This document shows positions 18,141 through 26,451 of a stretch of 64,000 nt of DNA, in pieces. Every line of letters starts with the position of its first letter. The first letter of the stretch is position 1. The notes under the pieces are model-generated. The model was not told the origin of the DNA, searched no databases, and saw only the letters and a program-made list of their open reading frames with translations. The DNA is from Deltaproteobacteria bacterium (lineage in GTDB: Bacteria; Desulfobacterota; Desulfobacteria; Desulfobacterales; C00003060), in NCBI GenBank assembly GCA_019307135.1, contig JAFDKF010000002.1:13998-77997 (forward strand). The letters run 5' to 3'. The position numbers and the translations under genes are program-made.

Positions 18141-19880
18141 TCAGACAAGAAGCTGCCACAAACCAGAAACCATTGCTGTGAAGACAAAAAGGGTTTCCAC
18201 TAAAAACTCAAACCTGAAACCAGGGACAACCCAGTGTTGTTCAAAGGCCATAAGGACTGCGGCTATATAGAATACGGAAAGGATCATGCCATAGGCCAGG
18301 GTGGTGGTAAGATGCATCATAGGCGCAAAAATGAGCGCTGCCAGAAAGATCACCAGAAGCTGTTTGAGTATACGAACGGTCTTTTTTTCACCCAGTACAA
18401 TGGGTAGGCTTTCCTGCCCCACGATCCGGTCTCCCTGCATATCAAGAATGTCAAAGAAAGCAGTTCGGACAAATGCTATGACCGATGCCCATAAGGAGAC
18501 GAAAATCATCGTAGTCGTAATTTGTAAAGAGACTGAAAGGTGAGGGAGGCCCCCTGTCACAACGCCCCATGCAAGGGCGATCAGCACGGTCTTTGAGCCC
18601 GGCACGTCACTAATCCGCTGGATTTTTTTTCCCCCTATCCTGAATAGCTCCGGGATGATCTTGACCTTGTAAAACAAACCCAGGAGACTAATGATACAAA
18701 GCACAAGAAACGGGACAGATCCCAGGGCAAATGCCATAAAGAGCCCTACTGCACCCGAAACTATGGCCAGAGTCAAAAGGATCGGGCGATTGTGGTCATA
18801 GAAGCTGGCCCGGTCCGGATCATTATAACGGACCGCCTCCCTTCCGATGAAATTGTTCAATATGTGCATGGAGAGGACATAACACGTAGCCATCAAGGCC
18901 GATGCAAAGTCTGGCCTGATTCCCGATAGCAGCGCACACGTGTAACTCAGACACCCGGCGCCCACTGCAAGATAGAGATTGCTTAAAAGCAACCAGCGCT
19001 GTATCCTGAAGACCGTGAGATCCCGTCGCCCTCTTGCCTGATAGGGAAGGGCCTCGATGGTCCTATAGACATTCTTGATAACCCAATTGGGCGTGGAAGC
19101 CCCGGCTGTAATCCCTATGGAAGCTAACGTTTCGATGGCTTTGCAGTCGAGTTCCGCCTCACTCTCGATGTGGAAGGCCGGAACCCCTTCTTGTTCAACC
19201 ACCTGTGCCAACCGTTGGGTATTGCCACTGTTGCGGCCGCCCACCACCACCACCGCATCCACGTTCTTGGCCATCTCCCTGACCTCAGCCTGGCGTTTAA
19301 GTGTTGAATCACAGATAGTGTTGAATACCTTGAAGTAAGGAAAGCGTGCAGCGATAGTACGGGTAATACTATCAAAGAGGTGACCGTCCTGGGTAGTCTG
19401 GGCCACTACAATGGCACGTTCGAGAGATGGGAGTTTGTCAAGATCCTCCGGGTGGCTGATGACGTAGCCCATGCCTTTGGCATATCCAAGGAGGCCTACA
19501 ACCTCTGGGTGATCCTTGTCGCCCACGATGATGACGGCACAACCCTGCCTGGCATACTTGCTGATAATGGTCTGGACCTTGATGACCCTGGGACAGGTCG
19601 CGTCGATTATGGTAAATCCTGCATCAACAAGGGCCTGCTTGGCCCGGGGTGGCACCCCATGGGCTCGTATGACAACGCTTCCGGGTTTGGCGCCAGAGAT
19701 ATCATCCAGGACAGTTACGCCTTTTTCTGCCAGAATCTCCAGCACCTGGGGATTGTGAATGAGCGGGCCATAGGTATAAATGGGGCCCTGTTGCCTGTTG
19801 GCAGCATCCAGGACGATCTCGACCGCTCTGCGGACTCCCATGCAAAAACCTGACGTTTTGGCGAGCTTGAGCTTCATCAT
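18141..19880 (-). CDS. ispH: IspH (HMBPP reductase) fused to a UbiA-family polytopic prenyltransferase domain
   Basis: N-terminal ~300 aa: KLAKTSGFCMGVRRAV, ATCPRVIKVQ, VVVVGGRNSGNTQRL, GASTP. C-terminal ~290 aa: 8-9 hydrophobic helices with FFDILDMQGDRIVGQESLPIVLG (second Asp-rich UbiA motif) and a degenerate first motif (NNFIGREAVRYNDPD). Confidence 0.8.
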   Translation of the reverse strand: MMKLKLAKTSGFCMGVRRAVEIVLDAANRQQGPIYTYGPLIHNPQVLEILAEKGVTVLDDISGAKPGSVVIRAHGVPPRAKQALVDAGFTIIDATCPRVIKVQTIISKYARQGCAVIIVGDKDHPEVVGLLGYAKGMGYVISHPEDLDKLPSLERAIVVAQTTQDGHLFDSITRTIAARFPYFKVFNTICDSTLKRQAEVREMAKNVDAVVVVGGRNSGNTQRLAQVVEQEGVPAFHIESEAELDCKAIETLASIGITAGASTPNWVIKNVYRTIEALPYQARGRRDLTVFRIQRWLLLSNLYLAVGAGCLSYTCALLSGIRPDFASALMATCYVLSMHILNNFIGREAVRYNDPDRASFYDHNRPILLTLAIVSGAVGLFMAFALGSVPFLVLCIISLLGLFYKVKIIPELFRIGGKKIQRISDVPGSKTVLIALAWGVVTGGLPHLSVSLQITTTMIFVSLWASVIAFVRTAFFDILDMQGDRIVGQESLPIVLGEKKTVRILKQLLVIFLAALIFAPMMHLTTTLAYGMILSVFYIAAVLMAFEQHWVVPGFRFEFLVETLFVFTAMVSGLWQLLV

Positions 19881-19985
19881 TCGTCGAGTCTTCGAGTCGT
19901 TAACCATTTGACGATCTTTCCACTCGACCACTTGACTAAAGTCACAGGAATTCCACGCCGTAAGCGGATAGAAATCCGGAGACGT

Positions 19986-20171
19986 CTATTCTTTTAGGAC
20001 AATCTTGTGATTGACAAGGAAGAGGGCGTGAATACGGGCGCGCATGAACTTCTGGTCGCCAAAGATATTCACCAGCCGGAGCCCGTCATTTTCCGGCTCA
20101 ACCTTGTCTACTGCCTCCATCACAAGTTCTTCCTCACCATCGCTGATTATGTAGGCATTGGCTTCACACAT
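19986..20171 (-). CDS. CooT-family small protein (putative nickel-binding)
   Basis: 61 aa. MCEANAYIISDGEEELVMEAV, with the N-terminal Met-Cys typical of the CooT family. Confidence 0.6.
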   Translation of the reverse strand: MCEANAYIISDGEEELVMEAVDKVEPENDGLRLVNIFGDQKFMRARIHALFLVNHKIVLKE

Positions 20172-20586
20172 CTTCAGATATCAGCTCCTTTAAGTATTTT
20201 TCGATTAAAGTTTCGATGAGTGGAGGGAGTGGAGTGGGCGGCATCCCGACAATTTCCACTCTTTCCTGGGTGAGTGGGATGAGGAACTTTTTGGCCAGGC
20301 ACGCGGCCACGGCCTCGGCAATCCTTGGTGTGACCTCGCCCATCATAGCATGAGCCATCACGATCCCTATGGGAGCCACAATAAGATCGGTCTGTGAAAC
20401 CATACGGACAATGGCATTTTCTCCGGAAGCCCCCCGGTTTGCCCTCGCCTTGAGCATTTGGGCTGTGGCAATGGCGTTTGTCCCGAGGGCAATAATCTCC
20501 ACTGATTCGTCAAAGGCTTCCCTGAGTTTTTTGATGATGGCGCTTCCTATACCTCCACCCTGGCCGTCAATTACACAGATGCGCAT
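20164..20586 (-). CDS. DUF3842-like protein
   Basis: 140 aa. MRICVIDGQGGGIGSAIIKKL N-terminus. Overlaps the CooT start by 8 nt. Confidence 0.5.
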   Translation of the reverse strand: MRICVIDGQGGGIGSAIIKKLREAFDESVEIIALGTNAIATAQMLKARANRGASGENAIVRMVSQTDLIVAPIGIVMAHAMMGEVTPRIAEAVAACLAKKFLIPLTQERVEIVGMPPTPLPPLIETLIEKYLKELISEDV

Positions 20587-20589
20587 TTT

Positions 20590-21720
20590 CTAGACGACAT
20601 CCTCCTCTTTGATTTTCGTAAAGACCTTTGTCTCCAGGTACTCCAGGCATTCTTGCATGTGGCGGCGGCATTTCTCCTGCCAGGGACTTTCATGTTCAGG
20701 GTCTCGGAGTTCTTGACCACGAACGCCCCGAGCAGACAGAGGTTTCATCATAGACTCGGGAAGGTCATCAGGCAGATCCACTCCGTTCATGATGGCCCAC
20801 GCTAATGTCCATGCACGCGCTACATTGGAAGGGTTGTAGCCGCCGCCTCCCAGGGCCACCCAGGGGAGTCCTTGCTCGGTCAGGTAGGCGATGGCCCTGC
20901 AGAATCCGTTGGTGGTGAGTTCGAGTGCGGCCAGCGGATCATCCAGGAATGTGTCTACTCCAAGCTGAGAGACCACCACATCCGGGTTGAACAGTTCCAT
21001 GAGCACGGGGACGACCGACTTAAAACCTTCCCAGAATACTTGGTCATCTGTCCCGGGGAGCATGGGTATGTTCACGGCATAACCCAAACCCTTTCCACGA
21101 CCTATCTCGCTGGGCCCACCGGTGCCGGGAAACAGGGTACGCCCATCCTGATGAAACGAGACCGTCAACACCCTGGGATCTTCATAGAATGCCCATTGGA
21201 CCCCGTCGCCGTGGTGGGCATCTATGTCCAGATAGAGGACGCGCTTTCCCCTGTCAACAAAGTGGTAGATCGCCAGGACGGGGTCGTTGACATAGCAAAA
21301 GCCCGATGCCTGTCTGGCGCCAGCATGGTGGAGGCCGCCTGCGATGTTAAAGGCAATCCGGGCCTTGCCGCCGGAGACCAGTTCAGCACACTGAAGGGAT
21401 GCGCCCGTATGAAGCTGGGACCACTCCCACAGCCCCGGAAAGACAGGGTTGTCCCCTGGCCCGAGGCCGTATGAAAAATCCCCGCTGATCTGGCCCCAAC
21501 CGGCCCTCTTCAAGACTTCAATATATTCGGGTGTATGAAAACGGAGGAGCTCGGATTCAGATGCAGGTCTGGTTTCAATCAGGCCTGTATCAGGAAGGCT
21601 AAAAAGGTCGTACGCTATGCAAAGGTCATAGGTGAGACGCAACCGTTCAATCTTAAGGGGATGACTCGCCCCGTAGTCATATGCAAAATATTTTTCGGAA
21701 TAAAGAAAGGCGGTCTTCAT
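20590..21720 (-). CDS. Histone deacetylase-family enzyme (AcuC/acetoin-utilisation type)
   Basis: YGASHPLKIERL, GGLHHAG, YLDIDAHHGDGVQ, GGGGYN blocks. Confidence 0.8.
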   Translation of the reverse strand: MKTAFLYSEKYFAYDYGASHPLKIERLRLTYDLCIAYDLFSLPDTGLIETRPASESELLRFHTPEYIEVLKRAGWGQISGDFSYGLGPGDNPVFPGLWEWSQLHTGASLQCAELVSGGKARIAFNIAGGLHHAGARQASGFCYVNDPVLAIYHFVDRGKRVLYLDIDAHHGDGVQWAFYEDPRVLTVSFHQDGRTLFPGTGGPSEIGRGKGLGYAVNIPMLPGTDDQVFWEGFKSVVPVLMELFNPDVVVSQLGVDTFLDDPLAALELTTNGFCRAIAYLTEQGLPWVALGGGGYNPSNVARAWTLAWAIMNGVDLPDDLPESMMKPLSARGVRGQELRDPEHESPWQEKCRRHMQECLEYLETKVFTKIKEEDVV

Positions 21721-21992
21721 AGGGAGTCCCGGCCTTTGTGGCTTTGAGTTTCCTCATATATCATAATGGTGAATAGCTTTACAACGTCATTTAGTGACAC
21801 CATATATCGTATGTTTTGATTATGTCAAGCACTATATGTAGCTCAAAACTTACAAATGACGTTGCAGGGGCAGTCTGGCAACATTGAGGCGCTTATGTGC
21901 TTTTTCAGATAATCTTTTTGGGGTTACGAATACTTCTTGTAACTTCTCAATAAGTTCGGGTAATAGGTACTGGATGTAAAGGAGGATAAACT

Positions 21993-22922
21993 ATGGATAA
22001 GAAGATCTTGTTGGTTGTTGATGGTTCGATCCATTCAACCCATGCGGTCACATATGCTGTCAGAATGTCTTCGGTTGTACAAGACCTTACCTATATGCTC
22101 TTCTATGTGCAGCCGACCATCTCGCAGTTTCTTTTGGATGAGGCTGAAACCGATCTTAAGGTCAGGGCCGAGCTAAAAAGGGTCATCCGAAAAAATGCTG
22201 AATTTGCCCGGGATGTCCTGGAGAAGCACAAAACCCGGATGGTCGACATGGGGATCGCCGAGCAGCGCATTGAGACTGCCACCCAACAAAAGGTGATGGG
22301 GATTTGTAAGGATATTTTGGACTGTGCCCAGCAGGGCCTCTATGATGCGATTCTTGTCGGACAAAGGGGGCTTTCGCGGATCCAGAAGGCCATTATGGGG
22401 AGCACGACTGCCAAGCTGGTGGAGCATTCCAGAGTGATCCCCGTGTGGGTAGTGGACGGAGATGTCACGTCTATGAAGGTAATGCTGACCGTGGACGGTT
22501 CTGAGGCCTCACTTCGCGCTGTGGATCACCTTTGCTTTATGCTTGGAGGAAACGAGAAGATCAAGGTTGCCTTGTTTCATGTAATGCCAACGCTCAGAGA
22601 TTACTGCGTCATCAATTTTGATGAAAAGGAAAGTGATGTCAGGCAAGTAATTGCTCAAGGTGCCAAGCGATGCATTGACCATTTTTATGCCTACGCCCAG
22701 CACAGATTTGAGGAAGCAGGCCTCCAAGACAATCAAATAGAACTCAAGGTGATCAAACGGGCCATGGAGGTCGGCAAAGCGATTCTGGATCAGGCCAGGA
22801 AGGGAAACTACGGTACAGTAGTCATTGGCAGGCGTGGCGCCGGCAAGGCCTTCTTTATGGGAAGCGTCTCGAGATATGTGCTGAACAAAATCTCTGGCCG
22901 GGCCCTGTGGGTGGTTTCCTGA
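21993..22922 (+). CDS. Tandem universal stress protein (2 x UspA domain)
   Basis: Two repeats, each ending in G.RG....MGS(T/V) (LVGQRGLSRIQKAIMGSTTAKL; VIGRRGAGKAFFMGSVSRYV). Confidence 0.8.
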   Translation: MDKKILLVVDGSIHSTHAVTYAVRMSSVVQDLTYMLFYVQPTISQFLLDEAETDLKVRAELKRVIRKNAEFARDVLEKHKTRMVDMGIAEQRIETATQQKVMGICKDILDCAQQGLYDAILVGQRGLSRIQKAIMGSTTAKLVEHSRVIPVWVVDGDVTSMKVMLTVDGSEASLRAVDHLCFMLGGNEKIKVALFHVMPTLRDYCVINFDEKESDVRQVIAQGAKRCIDHFYAYAQHRFEEAGLQDNQIELKVIKRAMEVGKAILDQARKGNYGTVVIGRRGAGKAFFMGSVSRYVLNKISGRALWVVS

Positions 22923-22945
22923 ATTTAGGGATTGGAGAGCAGACC

Positions 22946-23434
22946 ATGCCTATTTATGAGTTTTATTGCGAGGAGTGTAATACTATATTCAACTTCTTCT
23001 CGCGCTCCGTGAACACCACCAAACGGCCTCTCTGCCCCAGGTGCAAACAAAAAAAGCTGAAAAGGCAGATGTCCACTTTTGCCAGACTCACGGGGGCAAA
23101 GGAGGGAGGCGATCTGGATGATCTGCCCATGGATGAGGCCAAGATGGAAAAGGCCATGAATCTATTGGCCCGGGAGGCCGACATAATCAACGAGGATGAT
23201 CCGCGTCAGGCTGTCAGTTTGATGCGCAAGCTCTCAGATGTAGCAGGTATTGGTCTTGGGCCGGGCATGGAAGAAGCCCTCAAACGCATGGAGGCAGGCG
23301 AGGACCCGGAACAGGTTGAGGCTGAGATGGGGGACCTGCTTGAACAGGAGGAACCTTTCGTAATCGGGGAGAAAAAGGGACGGAGGGTCAAACGGGCTGC
23401 ACCACACCGTGATGAGACCCTTTACGATCTTTGA
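22946..23434 (+). CDS. FmdB-family zinc-ribbon protein with acidic tail
   Basis: MPIYEFYCEECNTIFNFF...CPRCK. Start moved to 22946. Confidence 0.7.
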   Translation: MPIYEFYCEECNTIFNFFSRSVNTTKRPLCPRCKQKKLKRQMSTFARLTGAKEGGDLDDLPMDEAKMEKAMNLLAREADIINEDDPRQAVSLMRKLSDVAGIGLGPGMEEALKRMEAGEDPEQVEAEMGDLLEQEEPFVIGEKKGRRVKRAAPHRDETLYDL

Positions 23435-23501
23435 CAACCCGCTACCTCATAGGAACTGTGCAGAAGTTGGCTCTAATCCGACGTTCTTCTTTATTTTCGT
23501 A

Positions 23502-23530
23502 TTGACAAATGACGTTTTTTCATATATGAG
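23502..23530 (+). promoter_or_regulatory. Putative promoter of dsrC
   Basis: TTGACA (23502-23507), 17-nt spacer, TATGAG (23525-23530). The -35 region overlaps an AAATGACGTT motif also present twice upstream of the usp gene. Confidence 0.4.
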
Positions 23531-23612
23531 CATCTTATATTACGGGTTGCTAATAGGATCAGGCATAACGAGATAATATAATTAACATTAACAGAGAAAG
23601 GAGGGTGTTGGC

Positions 23613-23930
23613 ATGCCAACTGTTGAGTATGGAGGTAAAACATTTACTGTGGATGAGGACGGTTTCATTGATGACTATGCGAACTGGTGTCCGGAGTGGG
23701 TCGGATATGTGAAGTCGACTGAGGGGATTGATGAACTAACCGATGAGCATAAGAAGTGCGTGGATTTCTTGCGGGATTACTACGAGAAGAACGGGATCGC
23801 ACCGATGGTCAGGATCTTTTCCAAGGTCACCGGTTACAAGCTGAAGCACATCTATGAGCTGTTTCCATCCGGCCCTGGTAAAGGCGCGTGCAAGATGGCC
23901 GGTCTGCCTAAACCGACCGGATGCGTCTAA
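23613..23930 (+). CDS. dsrC: DsrC (TusE/DsrC-family sulfur carrier of dissimilatory sulfite reduction)
   Basis: 105 aa. FTVDEDGF, WCPEW, C-terminal GACKMAGLPKPTGCV with both conserved Cys, one of them penultimate. Confidence 0.9.
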   Translation: MPTVEYGGKTFTVDEDGFIDDYANWCPEWVGYVKSTEGIDELTDEHKKCVDFLRDYYEKNGIAPMVRIFSKVTGYKLKHIYELFPSGPGKGACKMAGLPKPTGCV

Positions 23931-23972
23931 GGCACCAAGTTTGAGTTTGTGAGACAGTTCGGACGTCCGAAA

Positions 23973-24007
23973 AAGAGGCTTTACTGTGTCGTGAAGCCTC
24001 TTTTTTT
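23973..24007 (+). terminator. Intrinsic terminator after dsrC
   Basis: AAGAGGCTTtactgtgtcgtgAAGCCTCTTTTTTT. Confidence 0.7.
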
Positions 24008-24021
24008 GTCCTGGAGGGGCC

Positions 24022-24414
24022 ATGAAAAGGACGCTAACGGTTACGACTGGCTCTAAGACCGAATTCATAGACATTACCAAGGATATCGAAGAGGCAATCC
24101 GATCAGAGGGGATCGATGATGGGGTTTGCATGCTCTTTGTTCCGCATACCACGGCGGCTATTACCATCAATGAGAGTGCTGACCCCAGCGTCAAATCGGA
24201 CATCTTGATGGTTTTGAACAAGATCATTCCCTGGAAGGAAGCATATGGCCACCTGGAAGGGAATTCGCCAGCCCACATCAAGTCGAGCATTATCGGGACC
24301 TCAGAGATCATTGCGGTGGAGGGCGGCCGCTTGAAGTTAGGGACGTGGCAGGGGGTGTTTTTCTGTGAGTTTGATGGCCCTCGTAGTAGAAAGGTTCACA
24401 TTCGGTTGCTATGA
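24022..24414 (+). CDS. yjbQ: YjbQ/UPF0047 family protein (secondary thiamine-phosphate synthase-like)
   Basis: 130 aa. FIDITKDIEEAI, CMLFVPHTTAAITINE, GHLEGNSPAHIKSS. Confidence 0.8.
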   Translation: MKRTLTVTTGSKTEFIDITKDIEEAIRSEGIDDGVCMLFVPHTTAAITINESADPSVKSDILMVLNKIIPWKEAYGHLEGNSPAHIKSSIIGTSEIIAVEGGRLKLGTWQGVFFCEFDGPRSRKVHIRLL

Positions 24415-24562
24415 AAAGTCGAAAGGGTGGTGGCACTCCGTACACTATGTTAAGCGTGGCTTTGACGTTATGGTAAAAAAGTGATAGATTTGCTTGACAT
24501 GAGAACCCATAAGGTGATAGGAAAAAGAAAGTTGTAATGTGCAACAGTTTCATTGTTTTTTG

Positions 24563-24673
24563 GTAACTTCTCAAAGAGTGGGGGTATTTGTTGATTCCCT
24601 CTCACCCAAACCCTTCCCCCCGTGGGGGAGAGGGCAGGGTGAGGGGGCAAGTCCCAGGTTATTGAGAAGTTAC
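24563..24673. mobile_element. MITE-like element family C (111 bp)
   Basis: Perfect 12-bp inverted termini GTAACTTCTCAA / TTGAGAAGTTAC. Identical 8-bp GTTTTTTG on both flanks (24555-24562 and 24674-24681). The core carries the GGGGAGAGGGCAGGGTGAGGGGG-type box also seen at 47105-47150. Confidence 0.75.
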
Positions 24674-24837
24674 GTTTTTTGAGCCCAACACCTTCGGGTG
24701 AGGCTAAGTATTGGTTTGGGATTTGAGTTTTGCGAAGTAAAGGAAGATGCCAGCAGGGCCCGCAGGGCTTGTTGGCTTTTTTTTTCTGTCAGACCCATAT
24801 CCCAGCTAAATCACATTTTGAAAGGAGGGATATGGTC

Positions 24838-25038
24838 ATGGCAGAAGGCATTGTAAAGTGGTTTAACGAAAAAAAGGGCTATGGTTTCATCAGCACCGAC
24901 GAAGGCCAGGACGTCTTTGTCCACTATAGCTCAATTACCGGCAGTGGCTTCAAGACTCTATACGAAGGCCAGCGAGTTCGCTTTGAAGTCGAGCAGGGAC
25001 AAAAGGGCCCGCAGGCGGTAAACGTTGAAGCTGCATAA
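24838..25038 (+). CDS. Cold-shock protein (CspA family)
   Basis: [33 protein letters not shown] (RNP1/RNP2). AGGAGG 9 nt upstream of the ATG at 24838. Confidence 0.9.
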   Translation: MAEGIVKWFNEKKGYGFISTDEGQDVFVHYSSITGSGFKTLYEGQRVRFEVEQGQKGPQAVNVEAA

Positions 25039-25064
25039 CGTGGCAGGTTAGCTGAAACCCCGGT

Positions 25065-25103
25065 CAAGAACCCCGTCTCCTTAGATGACGGGGTTTCTTG
25101 ATT
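25065..25103 (+). terminator. Intrinsic terminator after csp
   Basis: CAAGAACCCCGTCtccttagatGACGGGGTTTCTTGATTT. Confidence 0.6.
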
Positions 25104-25140
25104 TGGGCGTTGTGATAAACTCCCCCCAAAATCATATAGC

Positions 25141-25845
25141 ATGGTCCAGGCCAATCATATCATACCTGAGAGGGAAGAGGCCCCTCGCACCCACTGTATT
25201 CGCTGTGGAACCTGTTGTATGAAAGGGGGGCCCACCTTACACGAGGAGGACGCTATCCTGTTTACGAAAGGAATTCTGAAAAGGTCCGATGTTTATACCT
25301 TGAGAAAGGGTGAAGTCGTCCGCAATATTGATGACACTCTGTTGGTGCTGGAACAGGAAATTATCAAGATTAAAGGGCAGGGTGAAGCCTGGTCATGCAT
25401 GTTCTACGATGATGATCAGGGCGCGTGCAGGATTTATGACCACAGACCACTTGAGTGCCGGGCATTGAAATGCTGGGACCTGCGAGGATTTAAGGAAGTC
25501 ATGGAAAGACCGTGTCTTCAACGAAGGGATCTTATCAAGCGAGATGATGGCATTCTTGAGATCATAAGCGCCCATGAACAGAGGTGCGCTTATGAGACCT
25601 TAGAATCAGCCGTAAGTGGGCTGCGGGGACCGGATTCCGACAAGGCAGTGGAAAATATTCTTGCCCTTTTACAGTACGACCACTACATGAGGCCCCTTTT
25701 AACAGAAAAGCTCAAGGTGGACCCGAATGCGATGGATTTCTTCTTCGGCAGACCTCTTACCACCACGATTCGCATGTTTGGGCTTTGCGTCAAGCAAGAA
25801 GGCGATACCTTCCTTCTGGTGCCGGTGGAATCTCATACATCTTGA
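25141..25845 (+). CDS. YkgJ-family cysteine-cluster protein
   Basis: CIRCGTCCMKGGPTL, then CMFYD...CRIYDHRPLECR. Confidence 0.6.
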   Translation: MVQANHIIPEREEAPRTHCIRCGTCCMKGGPTLHEEDAILFTKGILKRSDVYTLRKGEVVRNIDDTLLVLEQEIIKIKGQGEAWSCMFYDDDQGACRIYDHRPLECRALKCWDLRGFKEVMERPCLQRRDLIKRDDGILEIISAHEQRCAYETLESAVSGLRGPDSDKAVENILALLQYDHYMRPLLTEKLKVDPNAMDFFFGRPLTTTIRMFGLCVKQEGDTFLLVPVESHTS

Positions 25846-25908
25846 GCGGAACAAACCGGAATTGAACAGGAAGAGAATTAATCACGAATCGTGTTTTCGT
25901 GATAGCCC

Positions 25909-26442
25909 TTACAGTCTCTGTGACGAAGAGTCCCTCTCTTTTAACAACTTTTTTTTCAACCTTCTTTTGTAAAGCTCTCGCCTGAGCTTGCTAATATGAT
26001 CAATAAATAGAGTGCCGTTCAGGTGATCAATCTCGTGCTGTAATACGATGGCAGCAAGCCCTTCCTTTTGGAGAGTGATCGCATTCCCCTCTCTATCTAT
26101 ACCCTTGACGGTAACACGTTCAGAGCGTTTAACGTCCGCCCTGTAGTCAATAACGCTCAGGCACCCTTCTTCATTGACGATTACCCCGTCGGCCTCAATA
26201 ATTTCCGGGTTGAGGAGCACAACGAGATCATTCGGTTCGTCCTTGGCTGAGGTGTCGAACATGATGATGCGACACGGTTCTCCCACCTGGTTGCTTGCCA
26301 GCCCAATGGCGTTTTGTGCGTGGTACATGGTGTCGGCCATATCATCGATGAGCTGCTGGATCTTTCCGTCGATGTCGGTGATGGGCTCAGCCCGCTCACG
26401 TAGAACCGTATCCGGATACGTGACTATCCTTCTTACACCCAT
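25909..26442 (-). CDS. def: Peptide deformylase
   Basis: GLASNQVG, EGCLSV, QHEIDHLNG. Confidence 0.9.
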   Translation of the reverse strand: MGVRRIVTYPDTVLRERAEPITDIDGKIQQLIDDMADTMYHAQNAIGLASNQVGEPCRIIMFDTSAKDEPNDLVVLLNPEIIEADGVIVNEEGCLSVIDYRADVKRSERVTVKGIDREGNAITLQKEGLAAIVLQHEIDHLNGTLFIDHISKLRRELYKRRLKKKLLKERDSSSQRL

Positions 26443-26451
26443 TCCTGTCCT

